Shown in pieces: positions 1-9,291 of a DNA stretch of 64,000 bases. The notes below the pieces were generated by a model. It saw only the letters and a program-made list of their open reading frames with translations, had not been told where the DNA came from and did no database searches. Location of the stretch: NCBI GenBank assembly GCA_964414895.1, contig CAYPXO010000001.1, positions 26,999-90,998 on the forward strand, given 5' to 3'. Made by a program: the position numbers and the translations under genes. Origin of the DNA: an uncultured Pseudomonadales bacterium. Lineage in GTDB: Bacteria > Patescibacteriota > Microgenomatia > UBA1400 > CAYNMC01. How positions within the stretch are numbered: the stretch's first letter is position 1; every line of letters starts with the position of its first letter.

Positions 1-118
1 GCAATCCTCTTTTTCAGCTTTGCCGTCGCCAGAGGCTTAGACCGCAGTTTTGAAAACAAAGATCGCATGTTGTGCAACTCAGCCAAAGTAAGCGGGAACG
101 AAGAATGGCTTAAAAAAT

Positions 119-1051
119 GTGAGTGTTTTTATAACGGCGCACCGATTAGGTGCATTCAAAACTATGACCGAGAATAAACAACCAGACAACCAAAGCCTAG
201 TGATCGCCCAGCCAGCCCAGCAGCTAGATCAATTCGGCGACAGAAAAAAGAGCATGCGCAAGCTGGTGAAGACCCAAATGAAAGAAGGGATTGACTACGG
301 CGTCATCCCAGGAACAAACAAAAAAACCCTCCTGCAGCCAGGAGCAGAAAAGCTGGCAAACCTATACACCTTAATTCCCACCTTTGAATTGACTAAGGAG
401 ATCGAAGACTGGAAAAAGGGCTTTTTTTACTACCGCTACCTTTGCAAGCTCTCCTACAATGTCCCGCTGACCAAAGAGGGCGGGAACGGCAACCTTGAAG
501 TCTACGATGCCAAAACAGTCCCCGCAGGGGAAGCAGAGCGCAGCTGCAATTCCAGGGAGAAAAAATACCTCTACATCAATGTGCCAGAACGCTTCGCCAC
601 CGCAGACCAGAAGGCAAATGCAATCTCGCAATTCACTAGGAAAGAAAAAGGCTACACCAACATATACCTGCGGATTAAAAAGACTCCAGAGGAAAGCGCC
701 GATGACGCCAACACCATTCAATCGATGGCACAGAAGCGGGCGCTAGTGGCTGCAGTGAGAACGGCAACAATGGCAAGCGACATCTTCCTAGAGGAAGTCT
801 CAGACGCCGATCCAGCTCCAACAACCAAAGAGGAAGACCTAGTCAGAGTCAACCAGATTAAAAAACTCCATGCGGTAGCCAGACCTAGAGGATTCGATAA
901 CGGCAAGCTCCACGAAACAATTGAGGCACTTTATCAGAAAGACTCAATCACCAAACTGACTGGGCAGCAAATCTACGAACTGACAGAAAAGCTCATGGAA
1001 TACGAGATTGTTGGCAACGGCGATCCGCCAGAGAGGAGGGTAACAGCATGA
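119..1051 (+). CDS. hypothetical phage early protein (possibly recombination- or replication-associated)
   Basis: 310-aa ORF that opens the co-directional phage gene string. Its stop overlaps the start of the next gene (ATGA). No motif I can assign with confidence. Confidence 0.5.
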   Translation: MSVFITAHRLGAFKTMTENKQPDNQSLVIAQPAQQLDQFGDRKKSMRKLVKTQMKEGIDYGVIPGTNKKTLLQPGAEKLANLYTLIPTFELTKEIEDWKKGFFYYRYLCKLSYNVPLTKEGGNGNLEVYDAKTVPAGEAERSCNSREKKYLYINVPERFATADQKANAISQFTRKEKGYTNIYLRIKKTPEESADDANTIQSMAQKRALVAAVRTATMASDIFLEEVSDADPAPTTKEEDLVRVNQIKKLHAVARPRGFDNGKLHETIEALYQKDSITKLTGQQIYELTEKLMEYEIVGNGDPPERRVTA

Positions 1052-1878
1052 CGCAAACCAGATTTAAAATCATCGACGAATCTCAAGACCGAAAGTATTT
1101 TGCAATCGTCCCAAACTACATTATCAACCACTCCACCCTGAAAGAGCGGGGATTTTACCTGACCTTGAAAAGAATCGCTGGCGAGGAAGGGCGGGTTTAT
1201 TACTCGATGAGAGAACTGGCAAAGCAATGCGGAGTCAGCAAAGACACAGTAAACAGGCTTCTAAAATCGCTTCTGAAAAGAGGGTGGATCAGAGAAGCAG
1301 GCACAATTCCAGCCAAGACCAAACCCAGGATGACCTACGCAATCGTTGATTTATGGGACAAAAACAACGAATTCTATAAAAACAAAAAGATTGTCTCAAA
1401 ACAAGGACAATCTCCGATGAAAAAAAAGATTGTCGCAAACCAGGGACAAAGATCGGCGCAAACCAGGGACACAAAAGAAGAACCAGGTAAAGAAGAACTT
1501 AATAATACAGTTGAGGCTAAAGCCTCCGTTAATAGAAAAAATGTGGATAACTCTGGGGATAAACGCACTCCCACCCCAATAGGAGAAATCCTTAAAAGGC
1601 TAGAACGCAAACCCGACGCATTCCAAAAAAGCAGGATTAAATACCAATGGCAAGACGAGGCAATAAGAATGTGGCATGAAATCGGGCTAAGCAAATCTCC
1701 GTCAAGTAGTTTTTTCAAGCTGTTTAAACTCGCCCACCGAAAGGGTGAACAAGGCAAACTCTCAATTTGTCTGAGCTACTGCAAGGATGCAGAAGGAATC
1801 AGAGACATGGAGAAGTTATTTTACTGGCGCTTTGCCAACGAGCCAGGGAAGGCTGGCGACAGAAAGCATGACCTATGA
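1048..1878 (+). CDS. HTH-domain replication initiator / replisome organizer-like protein
   Basis: N-terminal winged-HTH-like segment (RELAKQCGVSKDTVNRLLKSLLKRGWI) typical of phage replication-initiator N-domains. The gene contains internal iteron-like palindromic repeats, as lambda O does. Confidence 0.5.
   Translation: MTQTRFKIIDESQDRKYFAIVPNYIINHSTLKERGFYLTLKRIAGEEGRVYYSMRELAKQCGVSKDTVNRLLKSLLKRGWIREAGTIPAKTKPRMTYAIVDLWDKNNEFYKNKKIVSKQGQSPMKKKIVANQGQRSAQTRDTKEEPGKEELNNTVEAKASVNRKNVDNSGDKRTPTPIGEILKRLERKPDAFQKSRIKYQWQDEAIRMWHEIGLSKSPSSSFFKLFKLAHRKGEQGKLSICLSYCKDAEGIRDMEKLFYWRFANEPGKAGDRKHDL
1384..1474 (+). repeat. iteron-like direct repeats of the palindrome TTGTC-N10-GACAA (two full copies and one partial) inside the replication gene; putative origin or operator
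   Basis: AAAAAGATTGTCTCAAAACAAGGACAA at 1384-1410 and AAAAAGATTGTCGCAAACCAGGGACAA at 1423-1449, plus a partial GCGCAAACCAGGGACACA. These encode the repeated peptide KKIVSKQGQ / KKIVANQGQ. Confidence 0.5.
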
Positions 1879-2600
1879 GAAAAAGAACGATCCTAATTTT
1901 ATTAACAGCAGCCCTGGCGATAGCGGGAATCACCGCCAAAATAACCTATGAAAAAAACCGCACACCAGCAATACAGAAGGGTGATGAGGAGACTCAGCAG
2001 CAAGCTGAACCGACCCCTACCCCTGAACCCGATCCACGCATTGAGATCGTGGCTGAGCGACTGGCTGAAGAAGGCAGCCCGCTCACTGACAAAGCTGGCG
2101 TCTTTGTTAACTGTGGGAGCGATAACGGCATCGATCCGTATCTGCTGGTTGGCATCACAAGCATTGAAAGCAGCTTCGGAAAACAGTCGTGCGGAGGGAA
2201 TGCCTGGGGCTGGGCAAACTGCAGAATTCAACATTCCTCGCTTGAAGCTGCGTGCCAGTCCGTCGCCGAAGGAATTGCAGAAAAACCTTATTACAGTCGA
2301 TACCGCCAAACAGGTCGAGTCGAGGATTTGGGAAGTGTGTATTGCCCCTCAAATTCAGGCTGCGACACGGCAAACTGGGTGGCAAAAGTTAAAGAGGTGG
2401 TTGCCGATCTTCAGGATCGGGAATTTGAAAAAGCAATGTTAGACCTAACCAAATACCTCCCAGGCGATAAGAGCAAAGAGGAAATGCAAAAGAACCTAGA
2501 GGAGCTGAAAAAGCGCCTGGAGAAAGCATCAGGCACAAACAAAGAGGTGGTCGAAATTCTAATCAGAGCCAACAAAAGGGCTTTAGAAAAACAAAAATGA
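1875..2600 (+). CDS. membrane-anchored lytic transglycosylase-like (SLT/GH23-like) protein
   Basis: N-terminal hydrophobic anchor (ILILLTAALAIAGI). LLVGITSIESSFGKQ resembles the catalytic E-S-x-F motif of SLT domains. C-terminal coiled coil. Confidence 0.35.
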   Translation: MRKRTILILLTAALAIAGITAKITYEKNRTPAIQKGDEETQQQAEPTPTPEPDPRIEIVAERLAEEGSPLTDKAGVFVNCGSDNGIDPYLLVGITSIESSFGKQSCGGNAWGWANCRIQHSSLEAACQSVAEGIAEKPYYSRYRQTGRVEDLGSVYCPSNSGCDTANWVAKVKEVVADLQDREFEKAMLDLTKYLPGDKSKEEMQKNLEELKKRLEKASGTNKEVVEILIRANKRALEKQK

Positions 2601-3121
2601 AAACCATCGAAGAAGCAAAACAATATGTATTTGACGAGGAAAATTGGACAAGGGGCTGTCGATGCTCCGTGTGCGGTCACTATGTCAGAAAATACCGCAA
2701 GACAATTTACAATGTCAGTGCCTACGCTCTGATCCTGATTTATAAACTGACCCTGAAATTAAACCCTGACGGCGGGTGGCTACACATCACTAAAGAATTC
2801 GCAAAGCACTTCGGATTGCATGCCTCTGCTTACGATTACAGCCAGCTTGAAAGATGGGGGTTGACTGAAAGAAAGAAGCCTAATCTAGAGAAAAATAAAC
2901 CGAGCAATGGCTTTTATCGCATAACCCAACTAGGAATAGATTTTGTTGAGGGTCGAGCAAAAGTCAAAAAATACCTCTGGATGTATAACGGCAAAGTCCT
3001 AGAGTGGGAAGACGAAGAAACCACACTTAAAGAAGCCCTGGGGAAAAAATTCGACTATCAGGAATTGATGGCAGATTGTCCAGCGCCAAAGTTACCAGCG
3101 CAGCAAACTCTAATCTTATGA
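2597..3121 (+). CDS. hypothetical Zn-finger protein
   Basis: CRCSVCGHY CxxC-type motif. Start overlaps the previous gene; part of the early gene string. Confidence 0.45.
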   Translation: MKTIEEAKQYVFDEENWTRGCRCSVCGHYVRKYRKTIYNVSAYALILIYKLTLKLNPDGGWLHITKEFAKHFGLHASAYDYSQLERWGLTERKKPNLEKNKPSNGFYRITQLGIDFVEGRAKVKKYLWMYNGKVLEWEDEETTLKEALGKKFDYQELMADCPAPKLPAQQTLIL

Positions 3122-3456
3122 ACAAAACAGAAAAAATAGCATTCGACGAATTAAGAGTGGCAGGCTACGAGGTCGAGCAGCCAATCAACAAGACCCTCAG
3201 AACGAAGCGGGGGTATATTACGCTCCGCCACGACCTTTGGGGGATTTGGGATTTTTGTGCGGTCAATAAAAAAGAGATCAGATTTATACAGGTTTCGGAA
3301 AAATACATGAGCCAGAAAACGAAAGCCGACCAACTGCGAATGATTGAATTCCCTAGACCGCCACACGCCAAAAAAGAATACTGGCGTTGGGATAAAAAGA
3401 AGGGCGATTTTATCATCGAAAAAATAGGAGGGGAGGTGAAGAATCATGGCAGATAA
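3118..3456 (+). CDS. hypothetical protein
   Basis: ORF trimmed to the ATG at 3118, which overlaps the upstream stop (ATGA). Confidence 0.4.
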   Translation: MNKTEKIAFDELRVAGYEVEQPINKTLRTKRGYITLRHDLWGIWDFCAVNKKEIRFIQVSEKYMSQKTKADQLRMIEFPRPPHAKKEYWRWDKKKGDFIIEKIGGEVKNHGR

Positions 3457-3604
3457 AAAACCTAAATATCACTTTGAAGGCAAGCGCAAAAACGCCAGGG
3501 GCAAGGAAGTCTATGTGGTCATGGAATTAAAAACAAACAAGATGCTAGAGCTGGACGAAAAGGCATTTAACAAAAAAGACAAAGCAGGGGAGGTGGAAAA
3601 ATAA
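3446..3604 (+). CDS. small hypothetical protein (52 aa)
   Basis: Not in the ORF track because it is under 60 aa. Preceded by GGGAGGTGAAG SD. Basic, Lys-rich. Confidence 0.35.
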   Translation: MADKKPKYHFEGKRKNARGKEVYVVMELKTNKMLELDEKAFNKKDKAGEVEK

Positions 3605-3608
3605 GCCT

Positions 3609-3872
3609 ATGAAAACCAGAAAACAACACCTACAAGCGATGGTCGAAAGCCTGGAGCAGGACTTAATCATTGGTGAAATCAATCAGGCTTTTATTAAGGG
3701 TCTCGATCCGAGCCAGCCATATGGCATCGGGCAAAAGACTAAAGCGGAAGCCCTCGCCGTTGAAGAAATAAACGAGAGAAAGCAGCGCAAATGTCTAGAG
3801 ATTGCAAAAAAACTACTTGCCAAAGAAGAAGCAGCAAACATTGAGGAAGGAGGTGATAAACATGCTAACTGA
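3609..3872 (+). CDS. hypothetical protein
   Basis: 87-aa ORF in the early string. Confidence 0.4.
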   Translation: MKTRKQHLQAMVESLEQDLIIGEINQAFIKGLDPSQPYGIGQKTKAEALAVEEINERKQRKCLEIAKKLLAKEEAANIEEGGDKHAN

Positions 3873-4020
3873 CAAACAAACAAAAAGGCTCGAAGAACTG
3901 CGCACCAAAGCAGGGCTAGACGAGAAGGAATGGGAGGAGCTGAGGAAGCTCGACAGATTGGAGGAGGGCGCAGCCAAGAAGGAGGCAGGAGAAGACGAGG
4001 AGGACAAGAGTGCTGAGTAA
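3862..4020 (+). CDS. small charged coiled-coil protein
   Basis: ATG at 3862 is preceded by AGGAGGTGATAAAC. The longer track ORF 3802.. probably over-extends the start. Confidence 0.4.
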   Translation: MLTDKQTKRLEELRTKAGLDEKEWEELRKLDRLEEGAAKKEAGEDEEDKSAE

Positions 4021-4128
4021 TCCTCTGAATCCTGGGGGCGGGAGGGCAGCGCCCCTGGGATTGAAAGGATTAAAACACATGACCAAAAACCTATTAAAAA
4101 ATCAAAAACTGAAAGGAGGTGAGAATCC

Positions 4129-4326
4129 GTGAAGCAAGTAGTGCGATGCGTAGGATGCAGCAAAATCGTAGGGCTTTATAAGACCTACAGCGTCCAAGTG
4201 ACAGAGACTCCGATTGTAAACGGCACACGAATGCCAGAAATAAAATATAAAGGCAGGATTTGCAAAGAATGCGCCCAGGGTGCAGGTTACAAAATCGGAA
4301 TCAAACATGAACCAAAAAAAAGCTAG
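4129..4326 (+). CDS. Zn-ribbon protein (CxxC...CxxC)
   Basis: GTG start preceded by AAAGGAGGTGAGAATCC. Motifs CVGC and CKEC. Confidence 0.45.
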   Translation: MKQVVRCVGCSKIVGLYKTYSVQVTETPIVNGTRMPEIKYKGRICKECAQGAGYKIGIKHEPKKS

Positions 4327-4459
4327 GTTGCTAAAGAAGCTGGCGAGAAGTCTGGGACTACCCTACAAGGTAATTAAAAAGCGATACCAGAGCTTTAATT
4401 CCTTACAGCGTGACGAAATGGCAAAAGAGCTAAAGCGGATTCAAAAAGCAAACCTATGA
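4307..4459 (+). CDS. small basic protein (50 aa)
   Basis: Unlisted short ORF MNQKKARLLKKLARSLGL... whose stop overlaps the next start (ATGA). Confidence 0.3.
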   Translation: MNQKKARLLKKLARSLGLPYKVIKKRYQSFNSLQRDEMAKELKRIQKANL

Positions 4460-4641
4460 AAAACACAAAACTAATCGAGCCAATACTGAGAGAAGACTAT
4501 GTCTCCCCTCACTTGAAAGAAGAAGCCCGCAAGCGGGAGATCGAACCCCTCCCGCCAGAGACAGAGGGTTTAAGTTGGGGGGAACGACTGTGGCTTTTTA
4601 TAGTGCGGGTGATTACTAAATTCTTAAGGAAATATGGTTAA
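4456..4641 (+). CDS. hypothetical protein
   Basis: 61-aa ORF translationally coupled to the following methyltransferase gene. Confidence 0.4.
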   Translation: MKNTKLIEPILREDYVSPHLKEEARKREIEPLPPETEGLSWGERLWLFIVRVITKFLRKYG

Positions 4642-5890
4642 CAAAACAGACTACCCGAAAATCGCAATAAGCACCCTGAGATTTGCCGAATACAATCCTA
4701 GGCAGATCACTAGGAGCGTGATCGAATCGCTTAAAAAATCAATGAAGCGGTTCAAGTGCGTCGTGCCGATAGTAATTAACACCTACAAAGGCAGGGGAAA
4801 TGTAGTAGTTGGTGGCGAAAAAAGAGTGCGGGCAGCAACCGAGCTAGGCTGGAAGGAAATCGAATACACCACAGTCAACATTCCCCTAGAAGACGAGAAG
4901 GCGCTAAACCTGGCATTAAACAAGATCGAAGACAAGTGGGACGATGCAAAACTGGCAGCCGTGGTGACCGACCTAGCCAAAAAGGACTTTGATTTATCAG
5001 TGACAGGATTCAACGAGGTGGAAATTAGCAACCTGCTCGACACTACAATGATGCTTAACCTCGAAGAAGAACCCTGGGACACGGAAAAAGAGCTGGCAAA
5101 AATAACCGAGCCGACCTCAAAACTCGGTGAGGTTTATCAGATCGGCGATCATCGGCTTATGTGCGGGGACGCCACCAAACCAGAGGATGTGGCGAAACTG
5201 ATGGACGGTAAGAAAGCGGACATGGTCTTTACTGACCCGCCCTACAATGTCGCTCATACCAGCAAGGAAAAGAAGGGTAAATTCCATACAGAAGAAGGCA
5301 CGATCCTTGGGGATGACCAGAGCCAGGAGGACTTCCGAGCTTTTACTCAAGCGTTTTTCAAAAACTACAATGAAATCCTAAAGCCAGGCGGGATAATTTA
5401 TGTCTGCACAGGCTACAGCTCCTACCCCCTGTTTTATTACCAGATGCTCAATGCAGGGTTTGTTTTTAGCTCGACGATAGTCTGGGTCAAACCAAGCTAT
5501 GCCATCGGTTGGGGGGATTATAAAAAGCAATACGAGCAGGTGATGCGAGGCAGGAGAAGGACTGGCAAAGCCAAAGGCGAGCCGATCCTCTACGGCTGGA
5601 GACAAGGAGAGCGCCATCAATTCGAAGGTGACAGAACCGAAAGCGATGTCTGGGAATTCCCCAGGAAGGCAATTACCGACATGGTTCACCCGACGGAAAA
5701 GCCAGAGTGGTTAATTATGAAAGCGATCAAAGGCGGATGCAGAGTCGGACAGCTAGTCGTCGATTTATTCGGCGGATCGGGAAGCACGCTGATGGCAGCA
5801 CACAAACTAAGCAGAGTCAGTTATTTAATGGAGCTAGACCCCAAGTTCTGTGATTTGATCAGAAAGAGGGCGGAAAGGTTAAAAATCTAG
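4634..5890 (+). CDS. ParB-like nuclease N-terminal domain fused to a DNA methyltransferase (DPPY motif; N6-adenine or N4-cytosine)
   Basis: N-terminus matches the ParB-N fold (GGEKRVRAATELGW). MTase motif IV is VFTDPPYN and the FGGSGST motif is present. Confidence 0.8.
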   Translation: MVNKTDYPKIAISTLRFAEYNPRQITRSVIESLKKSMKRFKCVVPIVINTYKGRGNVVVGGEKRVRAATELGWKEIEYTTVNIPLEDEKALNLALNKIEDKWDDAKLAAVVTDLAKKDFDLSVTGFNEVEISNLLDTTMMLNLEEEPWDTEKELAKITEPTSKLGEVYQIGDHRLMCGDATKPEDVAKLMDGKKADMVFTDPPYNVAHTSKEKKGKFHTEEGTILGDDQSQEDFRAFTQAFFKNYNEILKPGGIIYVCTGYSSYPLFYYQMLNAGFVFSSTIVWVKPSYAIGWGDYKKQYEQVMRGRRRTGKAKGEPILYGWRQGERHQFEGDRTESDVWEFPRKAITDMVHPTEKPEWLIMKAIKGGCRVGQLVVDLFGGSGSTLMAAHKLSRVSYLMELDPKFCDLIRKRAERLKI

Positions 5891-5970
5891 CCTTGTCGAC
5901 GCCACCAGATCGATTCTGTGGGGCGTTTGACAGGCGGGTGGGACATAGAACCACCCAAAAACAATAAAGA

Positions 5971-6132
5971 ATGTCAAAAAGTAAAAAAAGGCGCAATTTA
6001 TCAAAGCGAAGACGCAAAAAACTAAGAAAACTTAAAAGAAAACAGCAAAAAGGTATCCAAGAAGACATTAAAAAGCTGGTGATCGCCAGAATTAAAACGA
6101 TGCCAGACAATCTGAGAATTAGTATTGGCTAA
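5971..6132 (+). CDS. small highly basic protein (53 aa)
   Basis: Unlisted ORF MSKSKKRRNLSKRRRKKLRKLKRKQQKG...; possibly DNA-binding. Confidence 0.3.
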   Translation: MSKSKKRRNLSKRRRKKLRKLKRKQQKGIQEDIKKLVIARIKTMPDNLRISIG

Positions 6133-6137
6133 AAACT

Positions 6138-6767
6138 ATGGCAAAAAAACAAATAAAACCAACCAAGAAAACTGTCGACAAAAGTCCACAAGTGCCTACG
6201 GAAGATAAACCTCCCAAACTGTCGACAGAGAAAATGAAGGGCGAAACCAATCGCCACTTTTTAGCATGGTTACTTTACTGCCAAGCTGGGAGTCTTAGAA
6301 AAACTTTAGCTGTGTGGGATAAAGCACTGGGCATAGAAGGAGAAGTCGATTACAGAAAGCTAGGGAAGAAACCTTCCTTAAAAACTCTTAACAGGTGGTC
6401 AATGAAATACCGCTGGGGCGAAAGGGATGAGCTGCGGTTCGAGGAGACTCTCGCAGGTTTGAAAAAAGAAACGATCCGTATTGACAAGGAGCGCAAAGAC
6501 AGAGTCGCTCAGCTTTTCAAAATTGCAATGAACAAGAAACTCAGACAACTCAATATCCCCCAGGGAGAGGCAGTGAGCGACACCCTGCTTAATTACCTGT
6601 GGAGGATGCACCGAGTCGAAATGGGGTTGCCAACAGACTACAGCAAGCATGATGTCTACACGCCGATCAGGGAAGAAGACCAACAGCCATTGACACCAGA
6701 AGAAACTGTGCTAAGCCAAAAAATTACTCAGTTAGAAAAAGAACACAATGACAAAATCAACCAGTAA
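6138..6767 (+). CDS. putative terminase small subunit
   Basis: Called from its position immediately upstream of, and overlapping, the terminase large subunit, and from its size (209 aa); no diagnostic motif. Confidence 0.4.
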   Translation: MAKKQIKPTKKTVDKSPQVPTEDKPPKLSTEKMKGETNRHFLAWLLYCQAGSLRKTLAVWDKALGIEGEVDYRKLGKKPSLKTLNRWSMKYRWGERDELRFEETLAGLKKETIRIDKERKDRVAQLFKIAMNKKLRQLNIPQGEAVSDTLLNYLWRMHRVEMGLPTDYSKHDVYTPIREEDQQPLTPEETVLSQKITQLEKEHNDKINQ

Positions 6768-8310
6768 TAAATACCAACGATTAAATATCCTAACCTGGAT
6801 TCGGGAAAACAATATTAAGAACGAGCGTGGCGAGCCGATAGAATTCGAGCAGCACCGCTTCATGCAGGATTTATATGCCGATGTCGCCCCGATTCAGGTC
6901 GTCAGAAAAGGGTCGCAGATCGGCGCAAGTTTAATGGAAATCCTCAAGGTGCTTCATGCAGCCCGCTTCTGGGGCATCAACCAGATTTATACCCTTCCGA
7001 CCAGCGATGATGTCTTCAAATTCGTGCCAGGCAAAGTTAATCGAATCATCAGATTAAATCCCTGCATCAAGGAAGGAATCCCTCCAAAAAGTGTAGACGC
7101 CATTGAACAAAAGCAGATAGGCAAAAGCTGGCTTTACTTCAAAGGGACATTCACCGAAAGAGAAGCTATTATCTTAACCTCAGATCGCAATATTCACGAC
7201 GAGCTGGACAAGTCAAACCCAGATGTGGTGCGAGACTACCTCTCCCGTATGAGCTACTCAAAAATTAGAAGCCAGCACTACTTCAGCACGCCCACGATCC
7301 CCGACTTCGGCATTGACAAGCTATTCCAAGACTCAGACCAGAAGCACTGGCGCTTTAACTGCCCCCACTGCACCTACCGCCAGCACATGGACTGGGAGAA
7401 GAATGTCGATGAGAAGCGGGGCATTTATGTCTGCCAGAAATGCAAAAAGGAAATCACGCCAAAAAACATCAACAAATACGGCAGCTGGGAGGCACGCTAC
7501 CCAGGCAAACCAGTATCTGGCTACTGGATCAGCCAGATGAACTGCCCCTGGCGCACCGCAGCCGACCTAATCAAAGAGCGTGAAGACGCTGAAGACGACA
7601 CCTATTTTTACAATTTCATCCTGGGGCTGCCTTACCTCTCAGCCGAGCAGCGCATCCCAGCCAGCCTATTCCTGCGCAATCTGACAGAGGCAGAAGCCGA
7701 AGCAGCCGAAGACTACAATGTGATGGGCATTGACACAGGCTCAGGCTCAGGCAAAGGCAACCATGTCATCATCGGTAACCAGAAGGGAATCTTCTGGATG
7801 GGCATTTTAACCGACAAGCCAGACAAAGACCGTTGGGAGCAGATCGCCGAGCTTATAAAATTCTATGACATCAGGGTAACGATCATCGACGGACAGCCTT
7901 ACACTGTGGAAGCCCTGAGTCTAGCCAGGCAATTCCCCTACCGAGTCTACCTCTGCTGGTTCAAAGACGACCCCAAAATGCTCGAAATCGTCCGTTTTTT
8001 TGACGAAGAAGAAGGCAAGGAAAAAGACCTAGAAGACGAAATCAAAGTGCTTGCCTCAAGAACCAGAATCATCGACGACACAATAACCGCTCTCCACAAG
8101 CACGAAATCAAGTTCGCCATGAAGCCAGACAGCCCCACCTTCAAAATGCTAATCAAGCATGCCCAGACAATGTATGCCAGATCGGTGACGGATAAGTTAG
8201 AACAGGTAAAAAGAGAGTGGGCAAGCACAGGAGCAAATGACTTCTTCCTGGCGCTGATTTACTGGCACATCGGACTTAAAAAAAGAAATAAATATGAACC
8301 AAACAAATAA
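6748..8310 (+). CDS. terminase large subunit
   Basis: 520 aa. N-terminal ATPase region with Walker-A-like VRKGSQIGAS. C-terminal nuclease-like region (GIDTGSGSGKGNHVIIG; IDGQPY). C4 Zn motif CPHC...CQKC. Lies upstream of the portal gene. Confidence 0.75.
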   Translation: MTKSTSNKYQRLNILTWIRENNIKNERGEPIEFEQHRFMQDLYADVAPIQVVRKGSQIGASLMEILKVLHAARFWGINQIYTLPTSDDVFKFVPGKVNRIIRLNPCIKEGIPPKSVDAIEQKQIGKSWLYFKGTFTEREAIILTSDRNIHDELDKSNPDVVRDYLSRMSYSKIRSQHYFSTPTIPDFGIDKLFQDSDQKHWRFNCPHCTYRQHMDWEKNVDEKRGIYVCQKCKKEITPKNINKYGSWEARYPGKPVSGYWISQMNCPWRTAADLIKEREDAEDDTYFYNFILGLPYLSAEQRIPASLFLRNLTEAEAEAAEDYNVMGIDTGSGSGKGNHVIIGNQKGIFWMGILTDKPDKDRWEQIAELIKFYDIRVTIIDGQPYTVEALSLARQFPYRVYLCWFKDDPKMLEIVRFFDEEEGKEKDLEDEIKVLASRTRIIDDTITALHKHEIKFAMKPDSPTFKMLIKHAQTMYARSVTDKLEQVKREWASTGANDFFLALIYWHIGLKKRNKYEPNK

Positions 8311-8518
8311 ACCAAAACCAATCACGCTCACGAAGGCAGAGCGGGAAATCATTGAAAATATCCGCCAGGTTAACTACGGCAGAGTGGTAATTTTCATTGA
8401 CAACGGCAAACCCTTCCGCAAAGAGATCGTCGCCCAAAAGAGAATCGGCAAAGAGGAGGGCGGAAGTGCTGGGCAGTATATCACCAAGCCAAAAGGAGGT
8501 GCAGGCGTAGAAATATGA
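8294..8518 (+). CDS. hypothetical protein
   Basis: 74-aa ORF overlapping the terminase large subunit stop. Confidence 0.4.
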   Translation: MNQTNKPKPITLTKAEREIIENIRQVNYGRVVIFIDNGKPFRKEIVAQKRIGKEEGGSAGQYITKPKGGAGVEI

Positions 8519-8688
8519 TGTTGAGAACCTACCCTACCAAAAAGAGCTGCGAGGAGGCATGCTTCCGCAGCCCAGTCCATAGGACGCCAGTCAAACTTAA
8601 GAATGGGCGCTGGGCAGCGATGACCTTCGACGAGCAACAAGAGTATGAGCGTAGATTCAAGAACCGCTTGACTTCTGTTAAAAAATAG
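8515..8688 (+). CDS. small hypothetical protein (57 aa)
   Basis: Unlisted ORF preceded by AAAAGGAGGTGCAGG SD. Confidence 0.3.
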   Translation: MMLRTYPTKKSCEEACFRSPVHRTPVKLKNGRWAAMTFDEQQEYERRFKNRLTSVKK

Positions 8689-8703
8689 AGATAATGTAAC
8701 CAA

Positions 8704-8901
8704 ATGGTAAGTAATAAGCAAGTCAAACCAGGCAAGCTACTCAAACTAACCGAGGTTAGCAAGATGCTCAATGTTCACCCCAACACACTTCGGAAATGGG
8801 ATGAAAAAGGAATCCTCAAAGCGATCCGCTTCGGGCAGAGGCAAGACAGGCGCTACCGCAAAAAAGACATAGAAAAGTTAATTGAGAGGAGGCAGAAATG
8901 A
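8704..8901 (+). CDS. excisionase/MerR-type HTH DNA-binding protein
   Basis: KLLKLTEVSKMLNVHPNTLRKWDEKGIL matches the excisionase-family HTH pattern. Confidence 0.6.
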   Translation: MVSNKQVKPGKLLKLTEVSKMLNVHPNTLRKWDEKGILKAIRFGQRQDRRYRKKDIEKLIERRQK

Positions 8902-9107
8902 AAGCAGCCCTAGAATTTATCGGCGAAACTGTAGGTTACTGGCTCTGGCTGGCAGGCTTTACCCTGGCACTAGGGGTTATAGGGCTGGGGATGGAGACAG
9001 ATGTAGGCTGGGCAATCATGATAATTTTTACAATAGCCTTGCTCATTAAAATCGCATACGGAATGATCGGCAAAGAGAAAAGCAACACCTATGACAAAAG
9101 CAAATAA
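8898..9107 (+). CDS. small membrane protein
   Basis: Two predicted TM helices. Confidence 0.4.
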   Translation: MKAALEFIGETVGYWLWLAGFTLALGVIGLGMETDVGWAIMIIFTIALLIKIAYGMIGKEKSNTYDKSK

Positions 9108-9291
9108 AGAATCACCAACCAGAAAAGAAGCCAAGCGGATACTCGGAGAATTAGCCTGCTTTATTTACCGCTCAGACGCCCACTACGACAGGCAAAACTA
9201 CGAGAGCGACCTAGACATTATCGAAGATTTAATAAATAAAGCACAGAAAGGAGGTGAGAAAGAAAAATGGCAAGACACACTAAAATCTTAA
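9091..9291 (+). CDS. hypothetical protein
   Basis: 66-aa ORF. Confidence 0.35.
   Translation: MTKANKESPTRKEAKRILGELACFIYRSDAHYDRQNYESDLDIIEDLINKAQKGGEKEKWQDTLKS

Noticed and set aside
119-1051. Specific call as an ERF/RecT/Rad52 single-strand annealing protein
   Set aside because: No motif match I could verify from memory; left as a hypothetical early protein.
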